Both the position numbers and the translations under genes were made by a program. A stretch of DNA of 64,000 nucleotides, taken from positions 186,001 to 250,000 of the forward strand of contig JAAOMT010000480.1 of NCBI GenBank assembly GCA_016748015.1, in the 5' to 3' direction. Shown here one piece after another: positions 27,001 through 41,749 of the stretch (position 1 is its first letter; the number at the start of each line of letters is the position of its first letter). The notes under the pieces are model-generated. The model was not told the origin of the DNA, did not search any database, and was given only the letters and a program-made list of their open reading frames with translations. Origin of the DNA: Geosiphon pyriformis uo1 (Eukaryota; Fungi; Glomeromycota).

Positions 27001-30000
27001 TATAGTTTTTTATTTAGCAGTTCTGTTATTAGCTAGTTTTTTTTTGGCTAATAATATCAATTTTTTATGATTAATATAAACATTAAACTTTTAGGATAAA
27101 TATTTTTTCTATTTAATTACAGTTTAATAGATTGCCAAGTGTTTTAGTATTAAAATTTTATAGTTTTTTTCTGTTGAACTTAAACTTTTATTAATATATA
27201 TTATTAAATAATCTTTTTTATTAGATTTTTTTTGTACTAATACTGCTTTTAGTGCTAATTTAAAGACATTAATGGCAATTATAAACCTTTTATTATGATT
27301 TAAATATATTAGAACTGAAATTTATATAAGTTTTTATCTTACTATCTTAAAAGCTTATTGTTATTATAAGTAATTATTTGGAGTGTTAAAACAAATAACA
27401 AATTCATAATTTGGTGTTTAATAGCTGATTATAATAATAATTTTTGAAGGTTTTAATTGAGTTTTTTGTATAATAGACAAAAATTTAATTAATGGTTTTT
27501 TTTAATTTTTGTCTTTATTATAGTGGCCAGTTATTTTAACAGTTATGTTTTTCTGGTAAGCTATTCTTAAGTTTTTTATTTTTGTTTTACAAGTTTTTTA
27601 TTAGGCTATTCTTGACATTAATTATTCAGTGCTTAATCTTTTTAATCAATTAGTAAACAAAAAAAAAAGCAAAAAAAAATAAAATAAAATAAAATAAAAT
27701 AAAAAATAAAATAAGAAATTAGTATTCTATTAATAGTTATAATTAAAAGCTATTGGTTTAATATAGTTAAGTATTAGATTCTATTAACATAAATTGTTAA
27801 TAGTACAAAATTGAGTAATATTTTTTAATCAAACAATAATAATATAAATTTAGATAATAAAAAATATTTTTATTGATATAGATATGATTTTATTTTAAGT
27901 TATAGAAAACTATCTTTTAAAAGAAAAAATATTAGATAATTACTTATTTTTAATTTTTGCTTTAACTGTTCTGAATTTTTTTTCTGTTTCTAATATTCTT
28001 ATTATATATATATAATTCGTATTATATAAAATTTTTTAAAATTTTTTAATTTCTTTAAAAAAAAATTTGAAATTCTGAAATCCTGCAATTTCTCAAGAAG
28101 AATTCTGGAATTTTTTAAGAGGAATCCTAAAATTTTTTTTTTACTACACTTTTTTTTTATTGGCTATTTTTATAAGTAATACTGTTTATTTATATCAAGT
28201 ATTTTTAGTTTAAAGTTGGTAAAATAGTTGTATAATTGTTGAAAAGTTTTGTATAAATCATTAATAATATTTAGCTAATCTTAAAAAGCTTTTAAATTTC
28301 ATTAAATTTTTTGGTATTAGAAAGTTTTTTACTTTTTTAATTTTATTTAAATCTATTTTAATGTCTTTTTTTTCAACTATATGTTCTAAAAACTTGAGTT
28401 TTGTTTTTTCGAAAAAACATTTATTTGTATTTAATTTTAATTCAATACATTTTAGTTTTTCAAATACTTATTGTAGATAATAAAAATGTTTATTAAATAT
28501 CTTTGAAAATACATTAATATTATTTAAATAAACAACTATTAATTTCTATAATATGTTGAAATAAATAATTTTTATTAAGTATTAGAATATAACAAATGTA
28601 TTAGTTAAGTTAAATAGCATTATTTTAAATTTAAAGTTCTCTTTTTTTGTTGTAAATACCATTTTTTTTTGTTATTTAGATTTATAGTTACTTGTTAATA
28701 ATTATTGTTTAAATTTAATGTAAAAAACTATTTTTTTCTTTGAATAAATTAAACAATTCTTGAATTTGTAAAATTAAATAACTATTACTATAAATAATAC
28801 TGTTGAGTTTTTGATAATTTACATAAAACTGGATTTTGCTATTATTTTTTTGTATTAATATTACTAATAATAATTATAAATTCATAAATAATTAGATTAG
28901 CTTATTGTTTAATATCTAATTAATTTTTTTTGATAATATTATAATTAATTAATAGTATTTTATATGTTTTTTGTTTAATTGGTATTATATTTTTAGTTTT
29001 TATTTTGTGTTAAATTATATTTGTTTTTTCAAACTTATTTTTATTTGTAAATATGTTAATATATTATTTAAGTAATATTTAGAGTTGTATTTTTTGCAAT
29101 TGGTCTAAATTTTTCAAGTTTATTTGTTCTAATTGTTCTGATTAAAGCAAATAATATTTGTTTTTTTGGGCCCAAATTTGTAATATAAAGTCTATATATT
29201 TGTATAATTATTTAAAATTTGGCATATTAATTGGTAATTAGTTCTTAATTTCTGAACTTAAATATTTAATAATAGTGTTTTCTAATATTTTTACATAGTT
29301 TTTAATATTGTTGAAAATCAGAATTCTTATTTTTGTGATTTTTTGTTAATAAATATAAATTAATAATAACAATTGTCTTATTTTAATATTTTTTAAGTTT
29401 TATTTTGAAAACTTGTGGCTAATTCTTGATTTTTTAGAGTATTTTCAATAATTTATAATATGGCAAGATAAAAATATTATGACTTATAAAAATAATTTTT
29501 TTTGGTCTCTGATTTTTTCTGTTATATTGACAAATATGTTAATTTTTTTTATTAATCCAAATTTCTTAATCCTTTTAACAGTTATTCTTAATTTTTTTTT
29601 GTTTTTATTAATATTAGTTTAGTTATTTTAACTAAAAATAAAAATATGGTTTGTGTTATTTTTTTTGGTTCTATTTTATAAATTTTGTCTAAATTATTTT
29701 GTAGTATAATAATAATATTTTTTATATATTTAATATTAATTATTCTTTTTTTTGCAATAATTTTTTTTTAACTAAGTTAAATCTAAATGTTAACTAAATT
29801 ATAATAGTTGTTAAAACTTTTAATCTAAATTTTAAATTTATATTAATAGATAAGTGAAATTTTAAAACTATTAAAATTTGTTCTAAATATTTGAAATTAA
29901 ATTTAATATCTGTTTTATGTATTTTTTTAAATATTATATTTTTATTGTCTTTATTAAACTATTTTAGTTCTTGTTTTTTTTTAATAAGTTAAGGAGCATA

Positions 30001-31066
30001 ATATATTATTTGGTCTTAAAAATAGTGTTTAATTTTATATTAAATTTAAAAGTAATATTTAAATTAGAATTAAGCTTTAATTTTAATTTATTAGTTTTAC
30101 TAATTAGTTTGTTAAACTTTAAAATAAAATAGATAATGCATAATAATAAATTATAAACAAAGTTATATTTGTTATAATATTTAAATTAACATAGAATAAA
30201 ACAGTATTTACATAGTTAGATATTAAATTGGTCAATTATTGTCTTGTTTTTTTTAAGTAAGTATTAGTAATTAGTAATATTTATTAAATTCTGTTGGATT
30301 ATTAAGTATTATAAACAGTAAATCTTATAATAATTTTTTTTTGGTATTTTTAATTATGTAGATTTTTTTTGATAATAATATTATATTTGACAACTGCTAT
30401 TTTTCAGATTTTGTTTTTATTATATAAATAATTGTTTTATTAATTAAAAATATGGTTATAAATGACTTGTAATAATGTTTTTTTTCTTACTTAATTATAA
30501 ATAAAGATTATATATTGACATAACTTATTATATATATTTTTTTTTTTGGAATATTGTTTTATATTTTTTTGTTAAAAAAGTTTTTCCATATGTTAAACAA
30601 AGTTTATTGTTCCATTTTTTTGGTTTTTTTAAGTATTTAAATCATTTAAAAATACATAAATAACAGTAATATTTGATTATTGTTAAGTATTTTTTATTGC
30701 TATTATAACATATATTTATAGATAAAAGTTTTTTTTTATAGTTAACACAAATCAGTTTTAGTTATTAATAGTATAGATTTTTGAGAATACTATACAATTA
30801 TTATAAAATAGTAGTGTTGTTTTTTTTAGTACAATAATATATATAATAATGTTGTAATTTTTGGTTTTTTTTTAAATTAGTATAACAAATAAATTAGTGC
30901 TTAAATTGTTAGCTTATAAAACTTAGTATGTTTTCAAGATAAGTTTTTTTTTTAATTTAATTAATAGTGCTTTATTAGTTGTTTTAAAATACTTATATGT
31001 TGTTAATACTTTGATATAATATTTCTGGTAGCTTATTTGAAGCTTTTAAGTATTTTAGTTAAGTAT
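24030..31066 (-). mobile_element. Gypsy copy C, extremely AT-eroded (3' LTR ~24030-24865, ORF3, IN, RH, RT, dUTPase, Cys-rich domain, protease)
   Basis: Colinear nucleotide similarity to copy A, e.g. 27130-27190 vs 1575-1635 and 31020-31060 vs 4830-4865, differing almost only by C>T/G>A. Confidence 0.75.
27362..28181 (-). repeat. Solo LTR inserted into pol of copy C
   Basis: Homologous to 7538-8420. Flanked by TTGT/CTGT (4-bp TSD with one C>T). Host pol resumes at 28182. Confidence 0.7.
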
Positions 31067-31918
31067 TATTATAGATAATTATTTGAAATATTAGAATAAA
31101 TAACAAATCTATAATTTAATGCTTAATAATTAATTATGTTAATAAATTCTAAAAGATTTTTTGTATTTAAAAATTTTAGTTTAAATTTTTTGTATAATAA
31201 ACAGAAATTTAATTAGTAATTTCTTTTAAATTTTTTTCTTTAACATAAAAACTGGTTTAATTTAACAGTTGTGCTCTTTTAATAAGCTATTTTTAAGTTT
31301 TTGATCTTGTTTTACAGATTTTTTACTAAACTATTTTTAATATTAATAATCTTAGTATTTAATCTTTTAATTAATTAGTATATACAAAATACAACAAATA
31401 ACAAAAAAAAAATAGAATAATAAAGATAAAGAAGAAATCAATATTTTGTTAATAGTTATAATCAAGAATTATTATTTCTGTGTAATTAAGCATTAAAGTT
31501 TATTAGTATAAGTGTTAATAGATAAAAGCAATAAATATATAATTAAATAATCATAATAGCATATATGGTAAAGTATATAATAAGTTTATTAAATAAATAT
31601 AATTTTATTTTAACTATAAAAAACTATTTTTTGAAATAGAATAGTAAATAGAAAAATTAAATTGAAAATTCTTGTTTTTAATTATTTGTCTGTCTTTTTT
31701 TTATTTTAATCTTATTACTATATATACTTAATTTTATAATACAAAATTTTTTAAAAATTTTCAATTTTTTCTATAAGTTTTTTTGAAATTCTAAAATTCT
31801 GCAATTTTTGTTTAGTAAATTTCTGAAATTCTAAAATTCTGAAATTTTTTTTTATTATACCTATTTTCTATTGGCTATTTTATCTAATTATTATTATTTT
31901 TATTTTATATGAAGAATA
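31067..31918 (-). repeat. 3' LTR of a further Gypsy copy, interrupting the protease of copy C
   Basis: LTR homology. Followed by the PPT/pre-PPT motif (ttatttccttttttt aatattaagctctattaaaat) also seen at 45357-45393. Confidence 0.7.
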
Positions 31919-31963
31919 TTATTTCCTTTTTTTAATATTAAGCTCTATTAAAATTTCTTAAAT

Positions 31964-34900
31964 ATTTTAAAAAAAAACTTTTTTTTTTATTCCAAATTCT
32001 TATAAAGAGTCAAAAAGTTTTTTACTATTTAGTATGATAAATTTAAATTATTTTTGCTTGATTACAAGACTACTGTTGGCTCTAATATTGCTGTTATAAA
32101 GAAAACTGTTAAAGATTCTGGCTTAGCTGATGGTTTTAAACCTGTGTTGTTAAGAAAAAAAGGAGAGGTGGTGTTTTAAAAGATAATATTAAGACTAAAA
32201 AAGTTTTTGCTAAGAGATTGGATGGTTGTTTTTGAGATTTAAAAGTTAGTAATACTATTGAATCTGATAGTGTTGACATAGAAAAAGAGTATCTGATTGA
32301 AGAATCTAGTTTTAACTATGGTAGTAAAGCCACTTTTGATGGCAAAAATGCTGACCAGATGCTGAAAGATTTGTGTTTCAAAACCAAAAAAGCTCTAAAG
32401 AAGCTGTTGAAAAAAATAAATTTTTTGAGTGATGGTGATAATAATAATATTCTGTTGGACACTTTACTAACTTTTCTTCTTCCTTTGAAAAATTTGGTTG
32501 TTGTTCCTGTTAGGAAGTTATTCATTTTAAATACTGAATTAGATAAGGTAACTGGAAAGTTTTCTCAAGAAAAGCTTGCAGTAATTAGAAAGTTGTTTTC
32601 AAAAGTTAATGGTTTTAGAGAGGTATCTATTTCCTCAAAATTTGCTGATATTATCAAAGCAATGTTTACTTTCAAATTGAGTTTGATACAAGCTATTGAA
32701 AAGATTAAGAATGCAAAAATTTTGGTTAATACCAATCTCAAAAAATCCACTAAGTGTTCAGATTGGGCTGTGATGATAAAAAAAATACCAATTAGAATAT
32801 TGGTTAAGACTGTATATATTGCACTATTTAAGTTTTAGTTAATTAAATTAATTAAAATATAATTAATAAAACTTTAACAAAAGGTCATAATAGAGTTTGA
32901 CCAATTAGATTAAGCTGATTTGGTCACAGCAAAATAGTTTGTCTTAATTAAAAAAAATATTATGCATGTTGCTAGAACAGATTTAAACAAAATAACATAA
33001 AATACAAAAAATTGTTATAGAATACTTTTTTATATATTGCCAATAGGAATAAATGCTCATGACATTTGGAATTTATTGGTTCTGTAAGTAAAAAAAACAT
33101 GTATTATTGATTAATATCTAATTATGTATGCTTAGGCCAGATGTGCAGTTATTTATTTTAATTCAGCTAAGTCATTAGATGCTATTATGAGAACCATACT
33201 GGTTTTAAGAAGTGCTAATTTGTGCTGGTCTTATTTCAGTTTGGCTAAGTATATTAGGTATAAAAAATTGGGTCATATGTTATTGGGCTGCTCTATAAAT
33301 AAAAAAACTTTTCTTGATAATTCATCTTATAGAGTATTGTTAAAAAAAAATAAAAACAGACTGGCATTTATTTATGCTAAACATTTAGCATTAGTTGTCT
33401 GTCCTGTTTCTTTTGGTAATGTTTTTTAAACCAAAATTGTAGATGGGTCTTCTTTTTCTTTTTTCTTTACACAAAATAGTTCAATTGGTTCTGGTTTTTC
33501 TTTGGAAATAAAACTTATTTTACTAGTGTCTGTGAAATTAGACAGTAGATTTGCCATTCTTGAGTGCAATTTTAACAGCCTTGTAAAGCAAGTTGATAAG
33601 TTGGTTAAGAGATTAGATATACTTGGGCCAATGGTTTCTTAGTTTAGCCTTAAATGTTAGCTATTGATAAATCTTTTCTCACAGAATTAAGGAGTAGATA
33701 TAAAGATGAATAAAAGTTTAGATGTAACTACTAGTGGTGGAACTGTTGTAGAAGTAATAAGTTTTAATTTTTAGTTGTTTTGAAATTAGAAGAGACTTTA
33801 AGCAATTTGTTAAACATAATTATAGACCTGTTGGTCAGAGTAGATAATACTGGTTTGGGTTCTAGTGCTTATTTTTCTTAATGACCAATCTTATTTAGAA
33901 AGTGGCTATGTGTAATATTAAGGGTATAAACAATTCTGTTAAGCAAGCTAATATTGTTTATTGGCACAAAAATATGAACAATTCAATTTCTATTGTTATT
34001 GAGACAAAATTAAAAAAAAAGATTTATCTATGGATTATGAACAAGTTCAATGGTGTTTGGGTGTTTACTTCTGGTTTAGAGTCTAGTTATTTGGGTTCTG
34101 GTGTTGTAATTATCATGAATATTAGCTTGGTGAGACATGTATACAAAGTTTTAGAAGTTGTTAATAGGCTTTTATTTATTAAACTGCTTTTCAAAAATAA
34201 ATTATCCATTTTAATTTTGGGGCTGTATGCTAGTGCCTTTTGGCTGTGTATTTGTTTTAAGCTGATGAGGTCAACTTTTTAATTGCAAAGACTGTGAACA
34301 AATTTTCTTTCATTATCTTGAGTGAAAATTTCAATAAAAATGGTTCTTGTAGATGTACTAGTTTTAAGAAATGCCTCAATTTGGAGTTGATTAATTTTTT
34401 AATTGGTAGTTATAAAAGCCTTAACATAGAAAAATTCCAGAAGTGTTATAAGAACAATTAATTATGTGTTTGTTTCTTTGAGTTTAGTTAATACAATAGT
34501 GAATTGTGATATTATAGACATTGGCAATTACTTTGACACTAATCATCAAACTATTTCTGTTTCTGTGAATTTGGATGGCTTGTTAGATGTGTAGCTAAAC
34601 CTTGTACACAAACAGATGAATAAAAATTGTTGAAAGTTTGATGTTAAAGATACTAATAAAGTAAAATAGAACAATTTTAAAAATTTTATAACATCTAATA
34701 CAGCAATATTTTCTGGTAAGTTTGTCATTTCTAAGAGGTTTTTAGATTTGAATGCTATATAAAATATTGTTTATAAGGTGGTGTGTTTATCAGTTAATAA
34801 GATATTCAAGAAAAAGTGGTTTAAAAATTTTAATAGTGTTTTTACTAAAGACTTTTCAAAGTTTCATAAATTGGAAATTTTGGTTTCAAAAATTGTCAAG

Positions 34901-37900
34901 TTTTTATGTAAAAATACCAATGATAAGTTTGCTTCTTTGATGGGCCATTAGACATCTTTGGACAATGACAAAACTTCTACTATTCAGGTTTTTTTGGATT
35001 TTGGTGCAGATTTTAATTGCATAAGATCTGTTTTTTGTAGCATAAAAAAATTATACCATGTTTACAAACTTGCCAAGTTACTGAGAGCCAAAAAAGTTCA
35101 CATTAGATCTGTTATCAATAAAAGAATGAAAAGCTTTGCAGTTAATAAAAGTCACTCTATTAAAAGTGTTTTAGAGTATCTTTTCTAAAAAGTGGTATTA
35201 GATTATTTGGTTGTTAATAATAAATTGTTTCTGGAGCCTGTTAAAATTAAATTTAAGATTGATGTAATTATGAAGAGTTAAACAAAGAAGAAAGTAGTGT
35301 TAGACCATGTTTCTAATTTGTGGTATTATTAATATCTGCTGTTGACTCATGTTGATAATACTGCTTTTTTCAATGTTATAAATATTATTAATTATGATAA
35401 TATAATACATGTGATTAAGGATCTCTTTAATAAGAAAGCTGCTAGTTTGTTAGATATCATAAATAAATTATGGAAGCATTATGACAATTCTGTGATTAGT
35501 ATGCTTCTGAAACTTTTGAATCTTTGTTTGGTACATGAATTTGTACTTTAATCTTAGAAAGAAGCTTGGATGTCAATGATTCTTAAATCTTATAAGTAAA
35601 AGAACATTTTAATCAATATTAGACTGATTATATTGATTAAAATTGCCTGTAAAATTTTTTTTAAGATACTTTTCAATAGGATTTTCTTGGCCTGTAATAA
35701 GTTTAATGTTTTTTGTAAAGACAATTTTTCCATGTTAAAAAGCACTACTATCTAGTTTTTTATATTTGTTGTTGACTTAGTGGTTAAAGATGCTTTAGAA
35801 AAAGAATTGTAAACTTTGGTTGATTTTGCAAGATATAAAAAAAGCTTATAACTCTGTAAATTAGCATCATTTGAAAAATAATTTGGTTTAAATTAAAATA
35901 TGTGAGCAATTTATCAAATTTTTTGGAAATATTCACAATAATAGAGTCAATTAGATTATGACTGATTATGATTTAATTAATAGATACTGAATACATAATA
36001 GATTGAACCAGGATAAGATTTTTTTTTCTCTGTTCTGGAAGATTTTTTATGATTTTTTTTGTGTAAAATCAAAAGAAAAGAGAATTTGTGTGGTTATCAA
36101 ATTGATATTAAATTTGTTGCCAAGACTAGCAAATTGGAGAATTAAAGTGAACTGATTTTATTTTTAGCAGCTGGTGCTTTTGTTGATAACATGATTTGGA
36201 TTAGAAGTAGTCAGACAACTACTCAATATATTTTAGACATTGTTAGTGACTTTTTTAAGATTAATAATATTTTAATCAATAATAAAAAAACTATTATTAT
36301 TTTTATTAACCAAAGAGTTCAGAATGTTTTACTATTGATAAATAAGTTGCCAATTTTTATTGCACAAAAAAAGGAGTTTTATTATTATCTTGGTATTTTT
36401 TTGTCTTTTAAAGGCTTATCTAAACCTAGTTTAATAAAAACCCACTTGAATATTAGGTTTTTTTTAATAAGATTTTAAAAAAAGTTATTTTAGATAAACA
36501 GTTTTTTTATTTAGTCTTGGTAGTATTGTATTTTATTGTTAGTTACAAAATCCAATTCAGTTGTATTTTTAAGAATGTGTATAATAAATAGAATATATTG
36601 ATTAGAAGAGATTTAAGAATAAAAACTGGTTTATTTAAAGACTTTTTCAATAAAGTTCTTCATTATCTATCTTTGTATAGACTGAAATCTTTTAAGCAAG
36701 TATAGATAGAGAGTAAATCAGCATTGGTTCTGTATTTTTCAAATGCTAACAGTGTTTTTGGTCAGTTGTTTAATCATAGATCTTTAGATTTACAAGTTTT
36801 AAATTAGTTTCTAATACACTTTTTATGGACTTTTGTTAGATTAAGAATCAGTTCAGTCAACAACTTTTTGGCTGACATAGTGAAAATTTTCTTGAATTGT
36901 GATATATCTCTTGACAATATTTTTTTTTTGTATTTCGATTCTTAGAAAGCACTCTAATGTCTATTATTTTGGAAGATTTAGTGTTCTATAATGTTTTTAG
37001 ATTACTTAAAAGGTTTGGTATTGCTTTTGTTAAACAATTGTATGATAAAAAAGAGTTGGTTTTTGACTAAAAAAGTTTTTATTATTGGAAAAAACTTGAT
37101 TCTAAGAGCCTAGTTTCTATATGGTTCAAATTAATATATAAGTATTTAGTCAACTCTCTTTGTTATCTTAGTATACAGCCTATTATTGTTAGCTCTCAGC
37201 TTTTAAGTATTTTTAGTTCTTGTGGTTTTTCTAAGATATGACAGTGTCTTTCTAATGCTAATTTGGATGTTGTCAATGTTTATACAAATAGATTGCTAAG
37301 AAACTTGGATACAAGTAAGATAAGATGTGGTGCAATTGTGTTTTTTGCTGAATTAAATCTGAGTATTGGTGCCAAGATTGGTAGTTTGGTTTCTTTTATA
37401 ATGGTTGAGTTACAGACTATTGCTTTAGCTTTGAAATGTGTCCTAGTTGGTAGTAGTATAATTATACATTCAGACAGTTAGACTGCTCTGGATGCTTGTG
37501 CTGTTGAATCAAAATTGGTTTTGCCAGATTTCTACAATTAATGTTAGATAGAAAGATACAGTATAGTAAACTCTATTAGGGATAAGAGCTTAATGTATCT
37601 TGGTCTAAGATTAAAAATTATTTGGGTGTTCTAGATAATAAATATGCTAATAAGCTGGCTGGCTTGATTTTGCATTCAAATTTTGCAATCTTTGTTCTTG
37701 TCAAAAAAAGTTATATTAAGGCTAATAGAATAGTAATATTGGAAAATATTTATTATTTTACTTGTGGTATTTTTAGAGCTGTTTATTGGGCTTGCTAAGA
37801 AATTGGGTCTAAGTTTAATATAATTGATACTAATATAATTAGTAATGTGAATTAGAGTCAAACTTTATTGGTTTGGCATTTTAACTTACATATGGCATCT

Positions 37901-38700
37901 GATTTTATGAATAAATTTACTGCTGATTTGCACTTATATTTTATGAAGACTTTGTATTGTTATTTGCCAATTACTGTAAGAAAATATCTGTACAATAAAA
38001 CTTATCCCAATGTGTTGTGTTTTTATTGTGGAAAAATAAAACTTCTTGACTACTTGTTTACTTATATAATAAACTTTGTTGCTTATAAAACATTACTTAA
38101 TTTATATGTAATTCAGTGGACTTTTATGTCAAAAATGTGTTTGTTATTGTTTTATATTATGCAGATGCTTTTTACTTGTGTCTTTAACTTTAAGGTATAT
38201 ACAATTTTGTGCAAAGGTTTTGTTTTTAAAGATTGGTTTTTAGTGGTTTTATTCATTTTTGGCTGCACTAAAGTTGCTGGTAAAAAGATCATTAAATTGG
38301 TAAAAAATTTAGAAAAAGCTTATTATAAAGAGATATAAATAATCAAAGCTAAGTTCAGAGTGTTTATGGAATCAAAAAGTTTAATTGCATGTAATAGTTC
38401 AGTACATTCAGAGACCTGTGAGTTTTTTTCATTGCTTTTTAATAGAGTTGCTAGGTTACTTAATATTGTGGAAGTACATAGTATTAGTTTTGGTTTTTAC
38501 AAGCTTTGTAGTTTTTTTCTGGTACTAATAGTGTAGTGTCTGTTAATATAGTTTTGTAGTATTGCTCTGATTGGCTCGAGTGGCTGGTTATGTGTAGAAA
38601 GTACATAATTTGTACCTAATTTAGATTACTTAATTTGATGTATTATGTTAAAGTTATATTTGGGCCTCATTTATTAAATAATAATAAAAATATATATATT
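31964..38700 (+). mobile_element. Full-length LINE, same family as 17131-23961, more eroded
   Basis: ORF1 ~32055-33881, ORF2 33881-38559 (CNIKGINN...ETKL, QDIKKAYNSV, AGAFVDN, ELQTIALAL...HSDS), conserved 3' UTR and AATAATAAAAA tail. Possible TSD TTTCTTAAAT at 31954-31963 and 38710-38719. Confidence 0.88.
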
Positions 38701-38764
38701 TTAATTTTTTTTCTTAAATTAATTTTATTACTTTTTTTTCTAAAATTGTTTTTGTAATTTTGGT

Positions 38765-41016
38765 TTTAGAAATATTAGAAAATAATTATAGAACAGCAGC
38801 TAACAACATTAGTAATGCTCAGGAATAACAAAAAAAAAGACATAATAAATGCTTACTTGAACAACTAATAGAATTCAAAATTAGAGACCAAGTACTATTA
38901 TATCATACAAAAGCTAAGAAACAATAGAATAGAAAGTTTGACCCAAAGTGAGATGGTCTATTTCATGTACACAAAGTTTTAGGCAATAGAGCTTACAAAT
39001 TACAATTAGAAGACAGAATTTTAAAGAAAGTAGCACATGGAAATCAGTTAAAAATTTATCATGCAAAACAAGAATCATCATCATCAATACCTCAACTAGG
39101 AACACAAATTTCATTAATTAGACCAGAAGATATACCACGAGATCTGGAACCAATTATTGTCATCAAAACATAGACAATGTGCAGCAAATTAAATTAAGAA
39201 ATTCAAATATATATAACATCCAAAAAAACAGCAAGAAATGATAGAACTTTTAGCATAGACTTGTCAAATCAAATTTTACAACTCTCAAAACAACTATTTG
39301 ACACAATTCAGCAATCTTCTGCTCAAATAAAAGTAATAATTGATAAAAAAAAATATGATATAAGGATAAAAGCAAAAAAGAAGAGAGCAAGAGTTCAATT
39401 AGAACTAAATAGTCCCACTTCTATCCAATGCCCAAAAGAAGAAATTGGAGAAAAGATTTCTTTTGGGTGGGAGAGAGAATAAAAAAAGTTTATAAAAGAA
39501 GATACTTAATTTCTGAGCTTGAAAAATTTAAAGAAGCTTTAGTTTATGAGACCAAACTTCTCAAAACAGGGGAATAGACACCTAATAATGCCCAGAAATA
39601 AAAAAAAAACTTTTTTCAACATATTGGTTTTACAAAATTGGTAAACAACTAGATTTGAAAACACCATATGGAGACTTCAGCCAGAAAACTTTTAACAAAG
39701 AAGCAATACAACAAGTAGAAAAATTCATAGGAAAAAGCAACTTAACTCTATATTACAAAGCAGCATACCAACTATATGCTGCTTTTCAATATTGTCCAAA
39801 CATACTGTTGTATGGATCTATAAAGACTATAACAGTTAACAATATAGAACAAATAACCAATTAACAATTTGAAAACCTATGAAGAACAATACTTGACACA
39901 ATTATCAAACACTATATAAACAAAACCATAATAACAGATATATATGATTTCACAGAAACTCAATTCTAAAAAGAGAGAAATAATGTTACTTAAGTAAAAA
40001 AATTGATCCAAAGTTATAAAAAAACGTGACCAAAACATGACATAATACAGAATAGTGCACAATAATATTGAATAATACATTATAACTTAGGATAATGTAG
40101 AATAATGCATTATAATATGGAATAATATATAATAACATATAATAACATCAGATAATGTATTATAACATAGAATAACTAGTAATAATATAGAAGAATAAAG
40201 CAATTACAGAAATAGCAAAGCAATAGTTAGCAATAATAGAACAGTCAGAAAGCAATTCTGTAAAACCAAAAAAATGTATAAAAACAAGTAATGGAAGAAG
40301 GTAGAAAAAGACAGACATTTAGATACAAACCACTAAACAAAAATCAAATATCCTTACCCCTTTTATTATTTATTCTATTCTATATTCATCTTCTAAAATA
40401 AATCAATTATTGAGAATCAGAATCATGAATTTATGTTCTTGAACTTTGTGGAATTTACATAAATTAACTATTGTTTCATACTTTCATTCCAGGACAGATG
40501 CTCTTAGCATAACTATCTTGAACTATTAATAATTTGGACCAGTCACTCTTAATTATGGTGATTGATAATACTAATTTATCTTCTTTTATTTTTTTTTCTT
40601 TTATTTTTATTTTTATTTTTATTTTCTCTTGTGAAGTAGCAACATAGTAAAATCAACTATTTAGGAATAGATTTTGTGATAGCCTGGTAAAAGAAGGAAG
40701 CTCCCTCTAAGTTTTGGATATTAACATTATCTTGGTAGCTTACTAAAAGGGCGAAAAAACAATGCCAGACCCTAATAACTGTGCTCATTAGCTTGGAGAA
40801 GATAGCTTATATTTATAAGAAGTTGTAATCAGTAAAAGCCAAACCTCTGTGCCTTATAACCAAAAAACTCAATGAGTAAATTCACAACCAGTAGATAAAA
40901 TTTTTAGAGACTGATAATCAAGACTAAGTCAACAGAATTATGTGAAACATGCATTACCGATAATTAAGAACACTAAATATTACCATTTCTCTATTTTACC
41001 AAGTTTATTTGTAATA
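38765..41016 (+). mobile_element. 3' remnant of a Gypsy element: integrase C-terminus, ORF3, PPT, 3' LTR (39984-~41016)
   Basis: EFKIRDQVLLY...DGLFHVHKVLGNRAYKL, then PPT AAAAAGAGAGAAATAA followed by TGTTAC at 39984. LTR body resembles the reverse complement of the copy A LTR. Confidence 0.8.
39177..39969 (+). pseudogene. Gypsy ORF3, unknown protein
   Basis: ATG 3 nt after the integrase TAG (39171-39173). Contains AIQQVEKFIGKSNLTLYYKAAYQLYAAFQYCPNILLY and is homologous to 51863-52516. Confidence 0.7.
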
Positions 41017-41749
41017 TTATGAAACAATTAATACTTTGCAAGATATTAAATTTTTTGTGTTTTTTATACACTACCATCAATAAAAACCTTCTGGGCAATT
41101 TTCATATTGGCTTAATTTTTCTATATCTATTATTATTTTTTAAAAAGATAAAATATTCAAAAATAGCTTTTTTTTGATTATATTTAAAGACAGTTAACTA
41201 AATATGTTGTTTTTCTAAATGTTTTTTTAATTTTTGCCCTTTTTTTATTTGATTAGCATATAGATCAACTTTACTTTCTAAATTGTTTGAAGATTTATTA
41301 GATTTAAGTCATTATAAGTCTGTAGTTTAAGCATTACTAATATTAAAAAAAAGGGGTAATTTTTTTAGTTTTGGTTGCTGTTTTGGTAAATAAACTATTT
41401 GGTCTATATTTATTATAATAAATTGACTTTGATATTTTTTTTGTTATATAAGAATCTTACTTTTTTTTTCTAGATAATTGTTGTTTTTTTATATTAAACT
41501 AAGTTCTTTTAATTTTGTATTTATTCTTATTGTGGCTTTTATATCTTTTGTATTATTTCATCCACTGTTATCATTATTATCTCACTTTTTATTGCTAACA
41601 TTCAGTCTATTAAATTTATTTACTTCAATATTATGATTATTTATTAAAGTGATATAATGTATTTTTTTATATAATCTTTTTATATTTCTAATTTGATCTT
41701 TAGCTTTTCTTTTTTCTTTAAAATAAAATAGCATTTTTTTATATAATAT

